From Methanocellales archaeon (GTDB lineage Archaea; Halobacteriota; JAWCLZ01): 33,372 bases of DNA. The stretch lies in NCBI GenBank assembly GCA_038850285.1, contig JAWCMA010000008.1:1-33372 (forward strand), written 5' to 3'. Under the pieces are notes generated by a model that saw nothing but the letters and a program-made list of their open reading frames with translations, was not told the origin of the DNA and searched no databases. The position numbers and the translations under genes were made by a program. Positions 25,028 through 33,372 of the stretch are shown here, one piece after another; positions within the stretch are counted from its first letter, which is position 1; the number at the start of each line of letters is the position of its first letter.

Positions 25028-25882
25028 ATGTATCCAAGAAAGCGGCCTATTCACACCACTTTGAGTCCAGAGGCATATGCAATAATTCAGAAATATGAAA
25101 AAGAGCTTGGCAACATGAGCTCTGTGCTTGAAAAAGCTTTACGCGATCTAGATAAAACAAGATATAAAGCCAAGCTAGGGATAAAGGAGATCGACAAGAT
25201 TTTAAGAAGAAAGAAAACGGGTATAATTGGTTTCGACGACCTCATTGAAGGGGGAATACCTGAGAACTTCATCATAGTTGTTACAGGTATCCCCGGCTCA
25301 GGGAAGACCACTTTTGCCATGCAATTCCTCATAAATGGCGCGGAAAATGAAGAGCGCGGCTTGCTTTTTTCATTCGAAGAGAGTGCAGAGCAGCTTGCAA
25401 AGCACTGCCTGCGATTCGGCTGGGACGTAGGCAGGTATATCGAAAGAGGATTGCTTGAAATCTTTGGTTTATCCATGCTCACCATAGAGGAAATAACCGA
25501 TATCCTTGAAACCTATAAACCAAGCCGCGTGGTCTTTGATTCAATCAACGTGCTCTCCGACCTCGAGAACTTCAGGCGGACTCACGCTTGGCGAACTCTA
25601 TATAGAACGGTGAAGCAAAGGGGAATTACAAGCATTATAGTGACTGAGAAACAAAGCGGGTTGGATAATATTCACTTCGATGACTTCGACTTCATGGCGG
25701 ATGGATTGATATTTCTGGATAAAAAAATTGACCTTGAAAAGGAAGAATTTCTACTTGCAATTTTGAAGATGAGAGCAACGAATGTCAGAAGCATACCAGT
25801 GAACTTCAAGTTCACCAAAAATGGAATAGAGATCTATGGCGAGCCCTCGGTGAGTAGATTTTTAAAGCAGAATCTCGATTAA
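25028..25882 (+). CDS. Single-domain KaiC/RAD55-like ATPase with N-terminal RHH-like segment
   Basis: TGIIGFD.LIEGG, Walker A GIPGSGKT, FEES, Walker B VVFDS, KMRAT; N-terminal strand-helix-helix (PIHTTLSPEAY...MSSVLEKAL). Confidence 0.88.
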   Translation: MYPRKRPIHTTLSPEAYAIIQKYEKELGNMSSVLEKALRDLDKTRYKAKLGIKEIDKILRRKKTGIIGFDDLIEGGIPENFIIVVTGIPGSGKTTFAMQFLINGAENEERGLLFSFEESAEQLAKHCLRFGWDVGRYIERGLLEIFGLSMLTIEEITDILETYKPSRVVFDSINVLSDLENFRRTHAWRTLYRTVKQRGITSIIVTEKQSGLDNIHFDDFDFMADGLIFLDKKIDLEKEEFLLAILKMRATNVRSIPVNFKFTKNGIEIYGEPSVSRFLKQNLD

Positions 25883-25901
25883 TCTTCGAATCAGCCAAGG
25901 C

Positions 25902-26831
25902 CTAGCTTGCATTTTGAATCAATTCCATTAATCCCTCACTTAAATTCACCTTTAGTTTAAATCCAAGGGCTTTAGCTTTGCGTATATCTGCATAGCTCTG
26001 CTTGATATCCCCTTCTCTTGGTTTTGCATGCACTGGTTTTAGTTTCCTGCCAACTATTTCAATTATTTCAGCTGCTAGTGCTTTAATCATCGTGGGCTTG
26101 CCTGTGCCAACATTGTAGACCTCGCCAATTGCTCTCTGCTTCTTCATTGCCAGTAGAACGAATCTTACAACATCGTGAATACTTATGAAGTCCCTAGTTT
26201 GAGTGCCATCTCCCTCTATAACTGGAGGCTTTCCCTTTTTCACGCGATCAATGAACCTGCAGATAACACCTGAATATGGATTCTCCGCTCTCTGCCGAGG
26301 GCTATAGATGTTAAAGGGCCTCAGGCAAACCACTGGCAAGCCGTAGACGTGATTGAAAACATGGCAGTATTTCTCCCCAGCTAGCTTGCTCGCTCCATAT
26401 GGCGAGATTGGATTTAAAGGATGTTCTTCGTCGATGGGGAGATATCTAGGCATGCCGTAAACAGCCGCTGAGCTGAAGTATATAAATCTCGATATGTTTA
26501 ATTTTTTTGCAACATTGAGGAGATTCAGCGTGCCAGCTGCATTTACCTTGAAATCGTAAACTGGGTTCTGCAAAGATTTAGTTACACTGATCTGCGCGGC
26601 ACAGTGGATTATTATATCTAACTCTAAATCTAAAATATCTTTAAAAAGCTTAAGAATTTTTGGGTCTCTAACATCTCCCTTGATTATGGTAATCTCGTTT
26701 GGCAGCTTATTTATAGCATTTGAAGTGAAATTATCGAGCACTACAACTTCATATTCCCTGCTTAGCTCTTCGGCAATATAGGAGCCAACCTGTCCCATTC
26801 CCCCTGTGATTAAAACTCTCTGCATATCCAT
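25902..26831 (-). CDS. NAD-dependent nucleotide-sugar epimerase/dehydratase (GalE-like extended SDR)
   Basis: TGGMGQVG, HCAA, SSAAVYG, YGASK, GDGTQTRDF. Confidence 0.92.
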   Translation of the reverse strand: MDMQRVLITGGMGQVGSYIAEELSREYEVVVLDNFTSNAINKLPNEITIIKGDVRDPKILKLFKDILDLELDIIIHCAAQISVTKSLQNPVYDFKVNAAGTLNLLNVAKKLNISRFIYFSSAAVYGMPRYLPIDEEHPLNPISPYGASKLAGEKYCHVFNHVYGLPVVCLRPFNIYSPRQRAENPYSGVICRFIDRVKKGKPPVIEGDGTQTRDFISIHDVVRFVLLAMKKQRAIGEVYNVGTGKPTMIKALAAEIIEIVGRKLKPVHAKPREGDIKQSYADIRKAKALGFKLKVNLSEGLMELIQNAS

Positions 26832-27040
26832 AAAATATACCTCCAGAGATATAAAATTAAATGTGAGCTACTTGCGCTCTTTTAAATATGAACATTTGTT
26901 ACTAGTATGTGTTCAAAATAAATTCTTCTATAAATATGGTCTTAGATATTGCTTCCATGCTCATTGCCCTAGGAATTCTATATTTAATCGGTAAATTAAT
27001 CGATCGCCTTGAGGCAAAGGTTCGATAGTCGAAACTAAAT

Positions 27041-27544
27041 TCATAGCTTAGTTTGAGCTTCAGCTTGAATGTCAGCTCTGAAGTGATATGTCTTAAGAAT
27101 TCTAGCTGTGAAACCCAAGCTACTTGATAGTATTGCTAGGGCTATTAAAATCCAGTTTGGCAGACCTGCAATTGTTTCCATCATCATATAATTGAAATTA
27201 GAATTTCCTATTTGAGCTACAGTGCTCAAGCTCAAGTCTACCTCTCCCCCGCCGCTTCGTACATCTATGACTCTAGTTACAGCTATATTACCTACTATAA
27301 TCTGAACTTCATCCCCGTCGCGGTAGTTATCAAGCGTTACGCTATATCTCCCGAGTTCATCAGTCACATCCAACTTAGTTTGACCAGTCACTACTTCTTT
27401 AACTATTACCGTTATTCCTGCAGCGGGTTTTCCATCGGAGTCTTTAATATATCCATATATGGGATAGGGAATTTGAATAGCTATTGCACTCGTGGCTGAG
27501 ATTAAAATAGTTAACCAAAGTAATCCAAATAATTTCTTTATCAA
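27041..27544 (-). CDS. Secreted/membrane-anchored protein with carboxypeptidase-regulatory-like beta domain
   Basis: Signal peptide; IYGYIKDSDGKPAAG...TDELGRYSV domain; C-terminal hydrophobic helix. TTG start with AGGTG RBS. Confidence 0.75.
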   Translation of the reverse strand: MIKKLFGLLWLTILISATSAIAIQIPYPIYGYIKDSDGKPAAGITVIVKEVVTGQTKLDVTDELGRYSVTLDNYRDGDEVQIIVGNIAVTRVIDVRSGGGEVDLSLSTVAQIGNSNFNYMMMETIAGLPNWILIALAILSSSLGFTARILKTYHFRADIQAEAQTKL

Positions 27545-27591
27545 TGTTTACACCTTTGCGTAAAAAATTTATTTGAGCATATTTAAGCTGC

Positions 27592-29067
27592 TTATGAGCA
27601 TAACTGAAGCTCAGCAGCGCTTTCAAGATATACCCAGTATCCAGATCCAGGCTCCAAAGCAAAGTTTTCTTTGCTGAAATTAGCGATATATGTTTCATGA
27701 GTGCCATTGGAAGCGTCGAATCTCACTAGATATCTAGCTTTCCCGTTGAAGGCTTTCATAAAATCGCTAGCACTGCAGTTTGAAGCTATGGGAATACCAA
27801 TTAAATTCCATCCCTTAAAAAACCTTAAATTCATATTATTCCCCCATTGACTCCATTGAACTTCACTTCCTTCAAATATCACGCTTGTGCTGCCATCCAC
27901 ATAAACATATAATCCCTGTCCGGGTTTTACTTCGAAGTCTTCCTCATCGCGGCTGAAGTTAGCTATATATGTGCGATATTCTCCGATTCCTGAGTCATAA
28001 ATCGATATATGCTTTATTTTATCATTTACTAAATATTTTGCAGTCTGGACTAGAGGTATTGAAATGAGGTTCCAGCCTTGAGTTAGATTCAAGATAATCT
28101 TCTGCTGAACTCCGGTATCTAATTCAGCAACTATTGCAAATGGAGAGAAACCGTGGGTATTTGAGGAATAATATATGTGGGTGGAACTTTGAGATATCAT
28201 AGTTGTGTTAAGTTTGTGCCAGCTGCTATTGCTATATCTATATAGTGCTATTTGATGCGGCTTCACATTTTTATTATCCAGCCAGTTTTTCTCTATTTTG
28301 AATTTAATTATGGCATTCTCCAGATATCTCTGGCTGGGAATGCTTACCCAGATATTAACGTGCTCATAAACGATTCCAGGCGGGTCGAGGTTTACAAATG
28401 CAGATCTGCCTCTCAATTTTTCCACCATAATTACTATTTCCCCTAGACTTGTTTGATAGGTAAAACTTAACTCAACTATACCGTGCTCCTCAGCTTCCAT
28501 TTTCCTAGCAATATTCACTCCCGGACTTATATTCCATATATAACCAACTTCTTTAGCAGCAATATTTTCATAAGGTTCGCCAGCAGCAGCTCCTCCTCCA
28601 CCTGATGAACTGCTACCAATGGAAGCACTTGGAGGTGACGCCGAGGGAATTGAAGTTGGAGATGGTGAGGGGGTTGGTGTAGGTGTTAGGGTGGCTGTGG
28701 GCTTTACAGTCGGCGTGGGAGAAGGTGTCGGTGGTGGAGCTGGAAGTTGGATTGTAATGTCAATTCTAATGCCTCCATTGCTTGTATTAACTTCTCCTGT
28801 TGCAATTGAGCCTGAGGCATTTACCTTAATTTGTTCTCTATTTTGATAGCTATCTAAAACCACGCTATATTTTCCAAGGCTATCGGTTATACAGCTCTTA
28901 GTTTGATTCAATGTGCTCACATAGACTAAAACCTGAGATGCGGGAGTGTTATCGCTATATTTAACATATCCATAAACTACAAATGGGTCTTGGATTTCTA
29001 ATGCTATCACCGAGGCTGCAACTGCAAGCAGGATTAAACCTGCAAATGAAAATCTCTTGATCACCAT
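27592..29067 (-). CDS. Modular cell-surface protein: beta domain, Pro/Thr linker, PGF-pre-PGF domain, two GWNL repeats
   Basis: Signal peptide; PTPSPTPT linker; SSSSGGGG; VYEHVNIWV...GFSPFAI; repeats GWNLISIP..KPGQGLYVYV and GWNLIGIP..EPGSGYWVYL. Confidence 0.85.
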   Translation of the reverse strand: MVIKRFSFAGLILLAVAASVIALEIQDPFVVYGYVKYSDNTPASQVLVYVSTLNQTKSCITDSLGKYSVVLDSYQNREQIKVNASGSIATGEVNTSNGGIRIDITIQLPAPPPTPSPTPTVKPTATLTPTPTPSPSPTSIPSASPPSASIGSSSSGGGGAAAGEPYENIAAKEVGYIWNISPGVNIARKMEAEEHGIVELSFTYQTSLGEIVIMVEKLRGRSAFVNLDPPGIVYEHVNIWVSIPSQRYLENAIIKFKIEKNWLDNKNVKPHQIALYRYSNSSWHKLNTTMISQSSTHIYYSSNTHGFSPFAIVAELDTGVQQKIILNLTQGWNLISIPLVQTAKYLVNDKIKHISIYDSGIGEYRTYIANFSRDEEDFEVKPGQGLYVYVDGSTSVIFEGSEVQWSQWGNNMNLRFFKGWNLIGIPIASNCSASDFMKAFNGKARYLVRFDASNGTHETYIANFSKENFALEPGSGYWVYLESAAELQLCS

Positions 29068-29217
29068 TTGCCTCCGTTACAAAATCGAATTTAAAATGTG
29101 CATATATTAACCAAGTATGAACATATTTTAAGCTGCGCAAGTTCAAAGTCAGCAGCCAGGCAAATAGATAGATATATATCAATCAATAGTTTAATTGGCT
29201 TTGCTGGTGAGGTATGC

Positions 29218-29922
29218 ATGGGAGAAGAATTCAAAGAAGAAATGTTGCCCTGGCCACCTTGGCCGCCTGAGGTAATCCAACAAGAAATTGAGGCCTTGAA
29301 AGAGCAAATTAGAATGTGGAAGGAAAGCTATATTCAGCAGGGAATTTTGGATGAGGAAACCATAACCTGTTTCGATTTGGAAATCGAGGAACTAGTTTAT
29401 CCATATGTGCGCAGGCTGCAAGAGCTATGCATTGTAACTTCAGAGCAGGCTCAGCAAATCCTTGCTTTTGCCGAGAGGGAGTTGGATGATCTACGGAGAA
29501 TTGCGACTGAGAGACAATTGATAGGTATTGGTAAGATAGAATTCTACTACAGTACAAATGTTGCGCCAAAGAAGAAGTTCAAGACAAATATTGAGAAATG
29601 CTTTGAACTTCTCAAATGGCTTGAAGCAAAGAAGGTAATAGTTGAGACTTGTGATACCTATGCACTTTCACGCAGAGAAATAGCTGAAAAAATTCAGCGC
29701 GCAATGAATGAAGCAATAGAAAAACATGGCATTATAGGAACAAAGGAGGCAAAGCTAGAGTGGTTTGGTGCAGAGCTACCGATGCTCTTGGTATATGAAA
29801 AGGAAACAGATACTATTCCCAAGGAAGTATACCCAAGAAGGGAGAAAAAAAAGCTTATAGGCTGTGAAGAGGCAATTCAAACCATAATCAACAAATTTGA
29901 ATCAATTTATAAAAATGAATGA
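29218..29922 (+). CDS. Hypothetical protein, apparently two-domain
   Basis: ATG 29218 follows GGTGAGG. Helical acidic N-half (WPPWPP...YPYVRRL) and alpha/beta C-half (FGAELPMLLVYE...VYP). Confidence 0.75.
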   Translation: MGEEFKEEMLPWPPWPPEVIQQEIEALKEQIRMWKESYIQQGILDEETITCFDLEIEELVYPYVRRLQELCIVTSEQAQQILAFAERELDDLRRIATERQLIGIGKIEFYYSTNVAPKKKFKTNIEKCFELLKWLEAKKVIVETCDTYALSRREIAEKIQRAMNEAIEKHGIIGTKEAKLEWFGAELPMLLVYEKETDTIPKEVYPRREKKKLIGCEEAIQTIINKFESIYKNE

Positions 29923-30262
29923 AAGAATATTAAAGAAGCTAGAGAAAAAATGGGGTAAAATTCCAACCCCAATTAAGGTATTGAATGCTGGAAATCCAAA
30001 AACAGTATCACTCTATCTAGCTTTTAGAAAAGAACTGCTGAAAGGTGGAGTGCTTCCTCCAAAGATCAAGAGACTGGTTTTAATTGCTTGCGCTGCAACC
30101 GTGAAATGTAAATACTGCTTAGAAATGCACATCCGCGAGGCACTAATCGAAGGAATAAGCGAGCAAGAAATATTAGAAGCAATTTCCCTAGCTTATTTGA
30201 TTGGAGGAGGCCCAGCGATGGCCACTGGCACAAGAGCGCTGGATATATTTGAGTCCACTTAG
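29915..30262 (+). CDS. Carboxymuconolactone decarboxylase / AhpD-like protein with CxxC
   Basis: LPPKIKRLVLIACAATVKCKYCLEMH...GISEQEILEAI; overlaps the upstream stop. Confidence 0.88.
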   Translation: MNERILKKLEKKWGKIPTPIKVLNAGNPKTVSLYLAFRKELLKGGVLPPKIKRLVLIACAATVKCKYCLEMHIREALIEGISEQEILEAISLAYLIGGGPAMATGTRALDIFEST

Positions 30263-30264
30263 GA

Positions 30265-30400
30265 TTTCTCTATCTCTACTCTTTCCCACTCAGCAGTTGC
30301 TAAAAGCGCTGGTTATCTGGTCCCTAATGCTGCTCTTGCTCTACATTTACCGAGAGCAAATTTTGAACAGCAGAAGCGGGAAGCGAGAAAGAATTGGGAA
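30265..30400 (-). ncRNA. Candidate ~135-nt structured ncRNA (or MITE-like inverted-repeat element)
   Basis: Nested stems that pair better on the minus strand (G-U instead of A-C). Minus-strand BRE/TATA AAAAAGG-TATTATAA at 30438-30424. Confidence 0.45.
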
Positions 30401-30462
30401 TAAAATGAAAACTTTCAGCGTGCTTATAATACCTTTTTATATGCAGCAATTTCTAAAGTTTT

Positions 30463-32610
30463 ATGATGGAGCGGGAGTGCTTAAATTATTTCCCTAAATC
30501 AGCTTTTTATCCAAATCAAGCCGATGCAATTGAGCGCGTATACCTCGCTCTTTCCAAGCAGAAAATTGTGCTGCTTGAAGGTGCTTGCGGTACAGGAAAA
30601 ACACTAGCAGCACTTGTACCCTCGCTTGCTATTGCAAATCAGAAGAATAAGAAGGTGATAATTGCCACAAATGTGCATCAGCAAATGATTCAATTCATCT
30701 CAGAGGCTAGAGAGATCAAGAAGAAGAGCGATATAAAGGCAATTGCACTTAAAGGGAAGGTGCATATGTGCCCCCTTGGCATTGGCTATGAAGAGTGCAA
30801 TGTGCTTCGAGAAAATACATTTGAGTTAATGGAGCTTGAGAAAGAAAGAAAATACCTCCTAGATAGCGCTAAAAGTCTTGAAATTCGTTTTAAGCATGAC
30901 CCTACTCTTGAGAGTGCTAGAGGAAATATAGAGGCTAATTTAAATGAAGTTGAAAATCGCTTGAATATATTGAAAAAGCGCTTTTGCCCCTATCTCAAAA
31001 GAGTTTTTGAAAGTGGAAATGGCGATTTCCAAAGCTGGCTTTTTGAAGATGTACGCACTCCCGAGGAAGTCATTGAAAAAGCGGGTAAAGCAAATAAATG
31101 CGGCTATGAGCTATTGAAGCGGAATTTGAAATCTGCTGATTTATTGATATGCAATTATCATCATATCTTGAATAGTGAGATATTTGAGAGGGTTCTAGCT
31201 TGGATGGATGCAAGTATGCAGAGCATTATTTTAATCTTTGACGAAGCCCATAATTTAGAAAGCGCAGCTAGGGTTCATTCTTCAATTACTCTAAGCGAGG
31301 CAGTTATTGAAAGAGCAATTCGAGAATGCGAAGGGGAAGGAGATAAAAATGTATCTCGATTTCTAATGCTATTGAATGATACCATTAAGGAAACTTATGA
31401 AGCAAAATTTTCATTTGGAGAGCGAGAGAGAATCGGCGAAGATTGGTATGAGCTTATCATTAAAGAACCTGAGGATGGAGAAGATGAACTTTTTCAGAGA
31501 TTCATGGGGAAAATTGAGAGGGAAAAGTTAAATGTAATAGAAATACTCAGTGCAATGGAGGAATTGGGCAAAAAGGTGGATGAATACTACAAGGAGCAAT
31601 ATAAACTTGGGCTAGCTGAAGTTAGAAAAACTTCCATGCTTTTATATGCAGCGAGCTTCCTTTCGAAATATGTGGAGCATGCGAATGATCCAGAGTATTA
31701 CCAAGTTTTAAATGTGAAGAAAAATCAAAACGATGAAATAAAAGGAAGAATTGAACTTTTCTCCTGCATTCCAAAGCATATAACTAAGCCAATTTTTGAA
31801 GCTATATATGCTGGCGTGCTAATGTCAGCCACTCTCCGTCCATTTCAAATGGTTAAAACTGTCCTAGGTATAAATAGAGAATGCGAAGAGCTTTGCTATG
31901 GTTCAAGTTTTCCGAGAGCAAATCGCTGCACCATTGCAGTTGCAGCACCACCTTTATTTGCAAAAAATCGAGATGATGAAGAAATAGTGCTTCAGATATC
32001 CTCGATATTGAATGATATAATTGAGCAGAGTAATGGAAATGTTTTGATTTTTTTCCCCAGCTCCAGCGAGATTTTGAAATATAAAAATTTGCTAAAGGGA
32101 GACTTATTCATCGATGAAGCAGGGGTTTCTTCAACTGAAGTTAGAGAGGAGTTTTTCAAGATGGGTGAAAGCGGTAAAAAAGCTGTACTTCTTTCCTATC
32201 TATGGGGCACTCTCGCCGAAGGCATTGATTATAAAGACGAGCGGCTTAGATGCGTGGTGATAGTAGGCGTGGGCTATCCATTGCTGAATGAAAGAATGAG
32301 AGCGATTCAGAACGCCTATGAATATGTCTTTGGCCACGGCTGGGAATATGCTATTCAAAATCCAACTATAAGGAGGATTAGGCAAGCAATGGGTAGAGTG
32401 ATAAGATCCCCTTCGGACTATGGCGCTAGAGTACTTATAGACCTTCGATATACCAGTTTCTCTAGAAAAATAATCGGTAAATACTCAATCCACCATGCCT
32501 TTCCACAAGAAGAAAGGGAGGAGTTTATAGATGTGGAGGTGGAGAAAGTGAAGTACTCTCTTTTGAATTTCTTCAACGACATTAAAATAAATAAAATTAA
32601 TAATGCATAA
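30463..32610 (+). CDS. xpd: XPD/Rad3/DinG-family Fe-S DNA helicase
   Basis: Q motif YPNQ, Walker A GACGTGKT, Fe-S Cys, CNYHH, DEAH, SATL, FFPS, EGID, QAMGRVIRS. TATA about 20 nt upstream suggests a leaderless mRNA. Confidence 0.9.
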   Translation: MMERECLNYFPKSAFYPNQADAIERVYLALSKQKIVLLEGACGTGKTLAALVPSLAIANQKNKKVIIATNVHQQMIQFISEAREIKKKSDIKAIALKGKVHMCPLGIGYEECNVLRENTFELMELEKERKYLLDSAKSLEIRFKHDPTLESARGNIEANLNEVENRLNILKKRFCPYLKRVFESGNGDFQSWLFEDVRTPEEVIEKAGKANKCGYELLKRNLKSADLLICNYHHILNSEIFERVLAWMDASMQSIILIFDEAHNLESAARVHSSITLSEAVIERAIRECEGEGDKNVSRFLMLLNDTIKETYEAKFSFGERERIGEDWYELIIKEPEDGEDELFQRFMGKIEREKLNVIEILSAMEELGKKVDEYYKEQYKLGLAEVRKTSMLLYAASFLSKYVEHANDPEYYQVLNVKKNQNDEIKGRIELFSCIPKHITKPIFEAIYAGVLMSATLRPFQMVKTVLGINRECEELCYGSSFPRANRCTIAVAAPPLFAKNRDDEEIVLQISSILNDIIEQSNGNVLIFFPSSSEILKYKNLLKGDLFIDEAGVSSTEVREEFFKMGESGKKAVLLSYLWGTLAEGIDYKDERLRCVVIVGVGYPLLNERMRAIQNAYEYVFGHGWEYAIQNPTIRRIRQAMGRVIRSPSDYGARVLIDLRYTSFSRKIIGKYSIHHAFPQEEREEFIDVEVEKVKYSLLNFFNDIKINKINNA

Positions 32611-32638
32611 ATTAATAAAAATAATAATCTAAATCGGC

Positions 32639-32939
32639 TTATGCTCTTTCCTTGCTTAGCTTCGAGAGAATTTTCTCCCTCCAAGTCTCTACGTCTTCAA
32701 ATAGCTTGCAGGCATTCTTCAAATCAATTTGCTCATCCTCCCTATCCTTATAGCTCTGGCTTAGCCGCTCTATCCAAGAGGCACAGTGCTTGCCTATTTC
32801 TGCATTAATCTCTTTAAGCTCAGGCTTTTACACCCTTCAGCCCTGTGATTATAAATTTCACTTTAGCTCTATTCTGGAGCAAGGTATTAAGCCTTATATA
32901 TTCCAGATATTCGCCAAGTATCAATATCTCACGAAGCAC
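32639..32939 (-). pseudogene. Frameshifted hypothetical gene (~99 aa if one A is removed from the A4 run at 32829-32826)
   Basis: GTG 32939 after GGGGGA gives MLREILILGEYLEYIRLNTLLQNRAKVKFIITGLKGVKA*. The shifted frame continues KPELKEINAEIGKHCASWIERL...LSKERA* to 32639. Confidence 0.55.
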
Positions 32940-32940
32940 T

Positions 32941-33372
32941 TCATTCCCCCTTCATTGCTACTTCAGCAGCTATTTTAAACACCCTCCACAGTCTTGGGAT
33001 TTTATTTGAGAACAAAAGCTTTTTGAAAAGGACCGATGGCCTATCTATATCGCCATATTCAGTTATAATCTGTAGTATCTTGCTATCCCCCATTATTTCT
33101 ATGAACTCCTCAATTTGCTCATCACTCAGCTTCGCAAAGCACTCATGGAGCATTAACCCAATGGAAAGCTCTCTGCCCACCTTGGAGCGCCATTTTTTTT
33201 CATACTCCATTAATCTCTCCTCAGCTGTATCTCCCTCAAGTGCTGCTTTAGCTGCCACCTCCCCCGCTATCTTGGCGCAAACAGCCCCCATATAAACACC
33301 TCCACCGGAGGTTGGCTTCACCTGCCCAGCTGCATCTCCAACTACTATTAAACCATGTGCAACTGCTTTCTT
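32941..33372 (-). CDS. Geranylgeranyl reductase family flavoprotein (DGGGPL reductase-like), 3' part; runs off the window
   Basis: GLIVVGDAAGQVKPTSGGGVYMG...YEKKW in frame to the window edge. Confidence 0.85.
   Translation of the reverse strand, partial: KKAVAHGLIVVGDAAGQVKPTSGGGVYMGAVCAKIAGEVAAKAALEGDTAEERLMEYEKKWRSKVGRELSIGLMLHECFAKLSDEQIEEFIEIMGDSKILQIITEYGDIDRPSVLFKKLLFSNKIPRLWRVFKIAAEVAMKGE

Noticed and set aside
25028-25882. Circadian clock KaiC
   Set aside because: Single domain, no ST phospho-sites, no kaiA or kaiB.
28590-28745. Repetitive DNA in the surface-protein gene
   Set aside because: It encodes an ordinary Pro/Thr/Ser/Gly linker and is not CRISPR or a VNTR.
30201-30497. 98-aa plus-strand ORF
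   Set aside because: It overlaps both flanking genes, has no RBS or motif, and the region is better explained as structured RNA plus promoters.

Overview
Archaeal chromosomal window. The gene repertoire (Fpo-type complex I, TRAM-fused aIF2-beta, PGF-pre-PGF surface protein, geranylgeranyl reductase) suggests a Methanomicrobia/Halobacteriota-like euryarchaeon; this is inference and no species is assigned. In order it contains: two divergent tRNAs (partial Thr-CGT; Arg-CCT with a 14-nt BHB intron at non-canonical position 29/30); a Tat-lipoprotein SagB-type nitroreductase; Sm protein; HhH-GPD protein; RecJ-like DHH nuclease; a five-gene biotin-dependent acyl-CoA carboxylase cluster; PHP hydrolase; DHPS-like protein; orphan methyltransferase; aIF2-beta; metallophosphoesterase; CYTH cyclase; a 12-gene fpo/nuo operon (A B C D H I J1 J2 K L M N) without an electron-input module; an RHH-KaiC ATPase; a sugar epimerase; two paralogous surface proteins; an AhpD-like operon; XPD helicase; a frameshifted hypothetical gene; and the 3' end of a geranylgeranyl reductase. 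The best candidate for a new system is the carboxylase cluster, where biotin carboxylase is fused to a second biotin-protein-ligase domain with a degenerate GRGR loop, directly upstream of an intact HTH-BirA. Other notable signals are a probable CTG start for aIF2-beta and two structured intergenic ncRNA candidates. No CRISPR array, transposase or integrase was seen.
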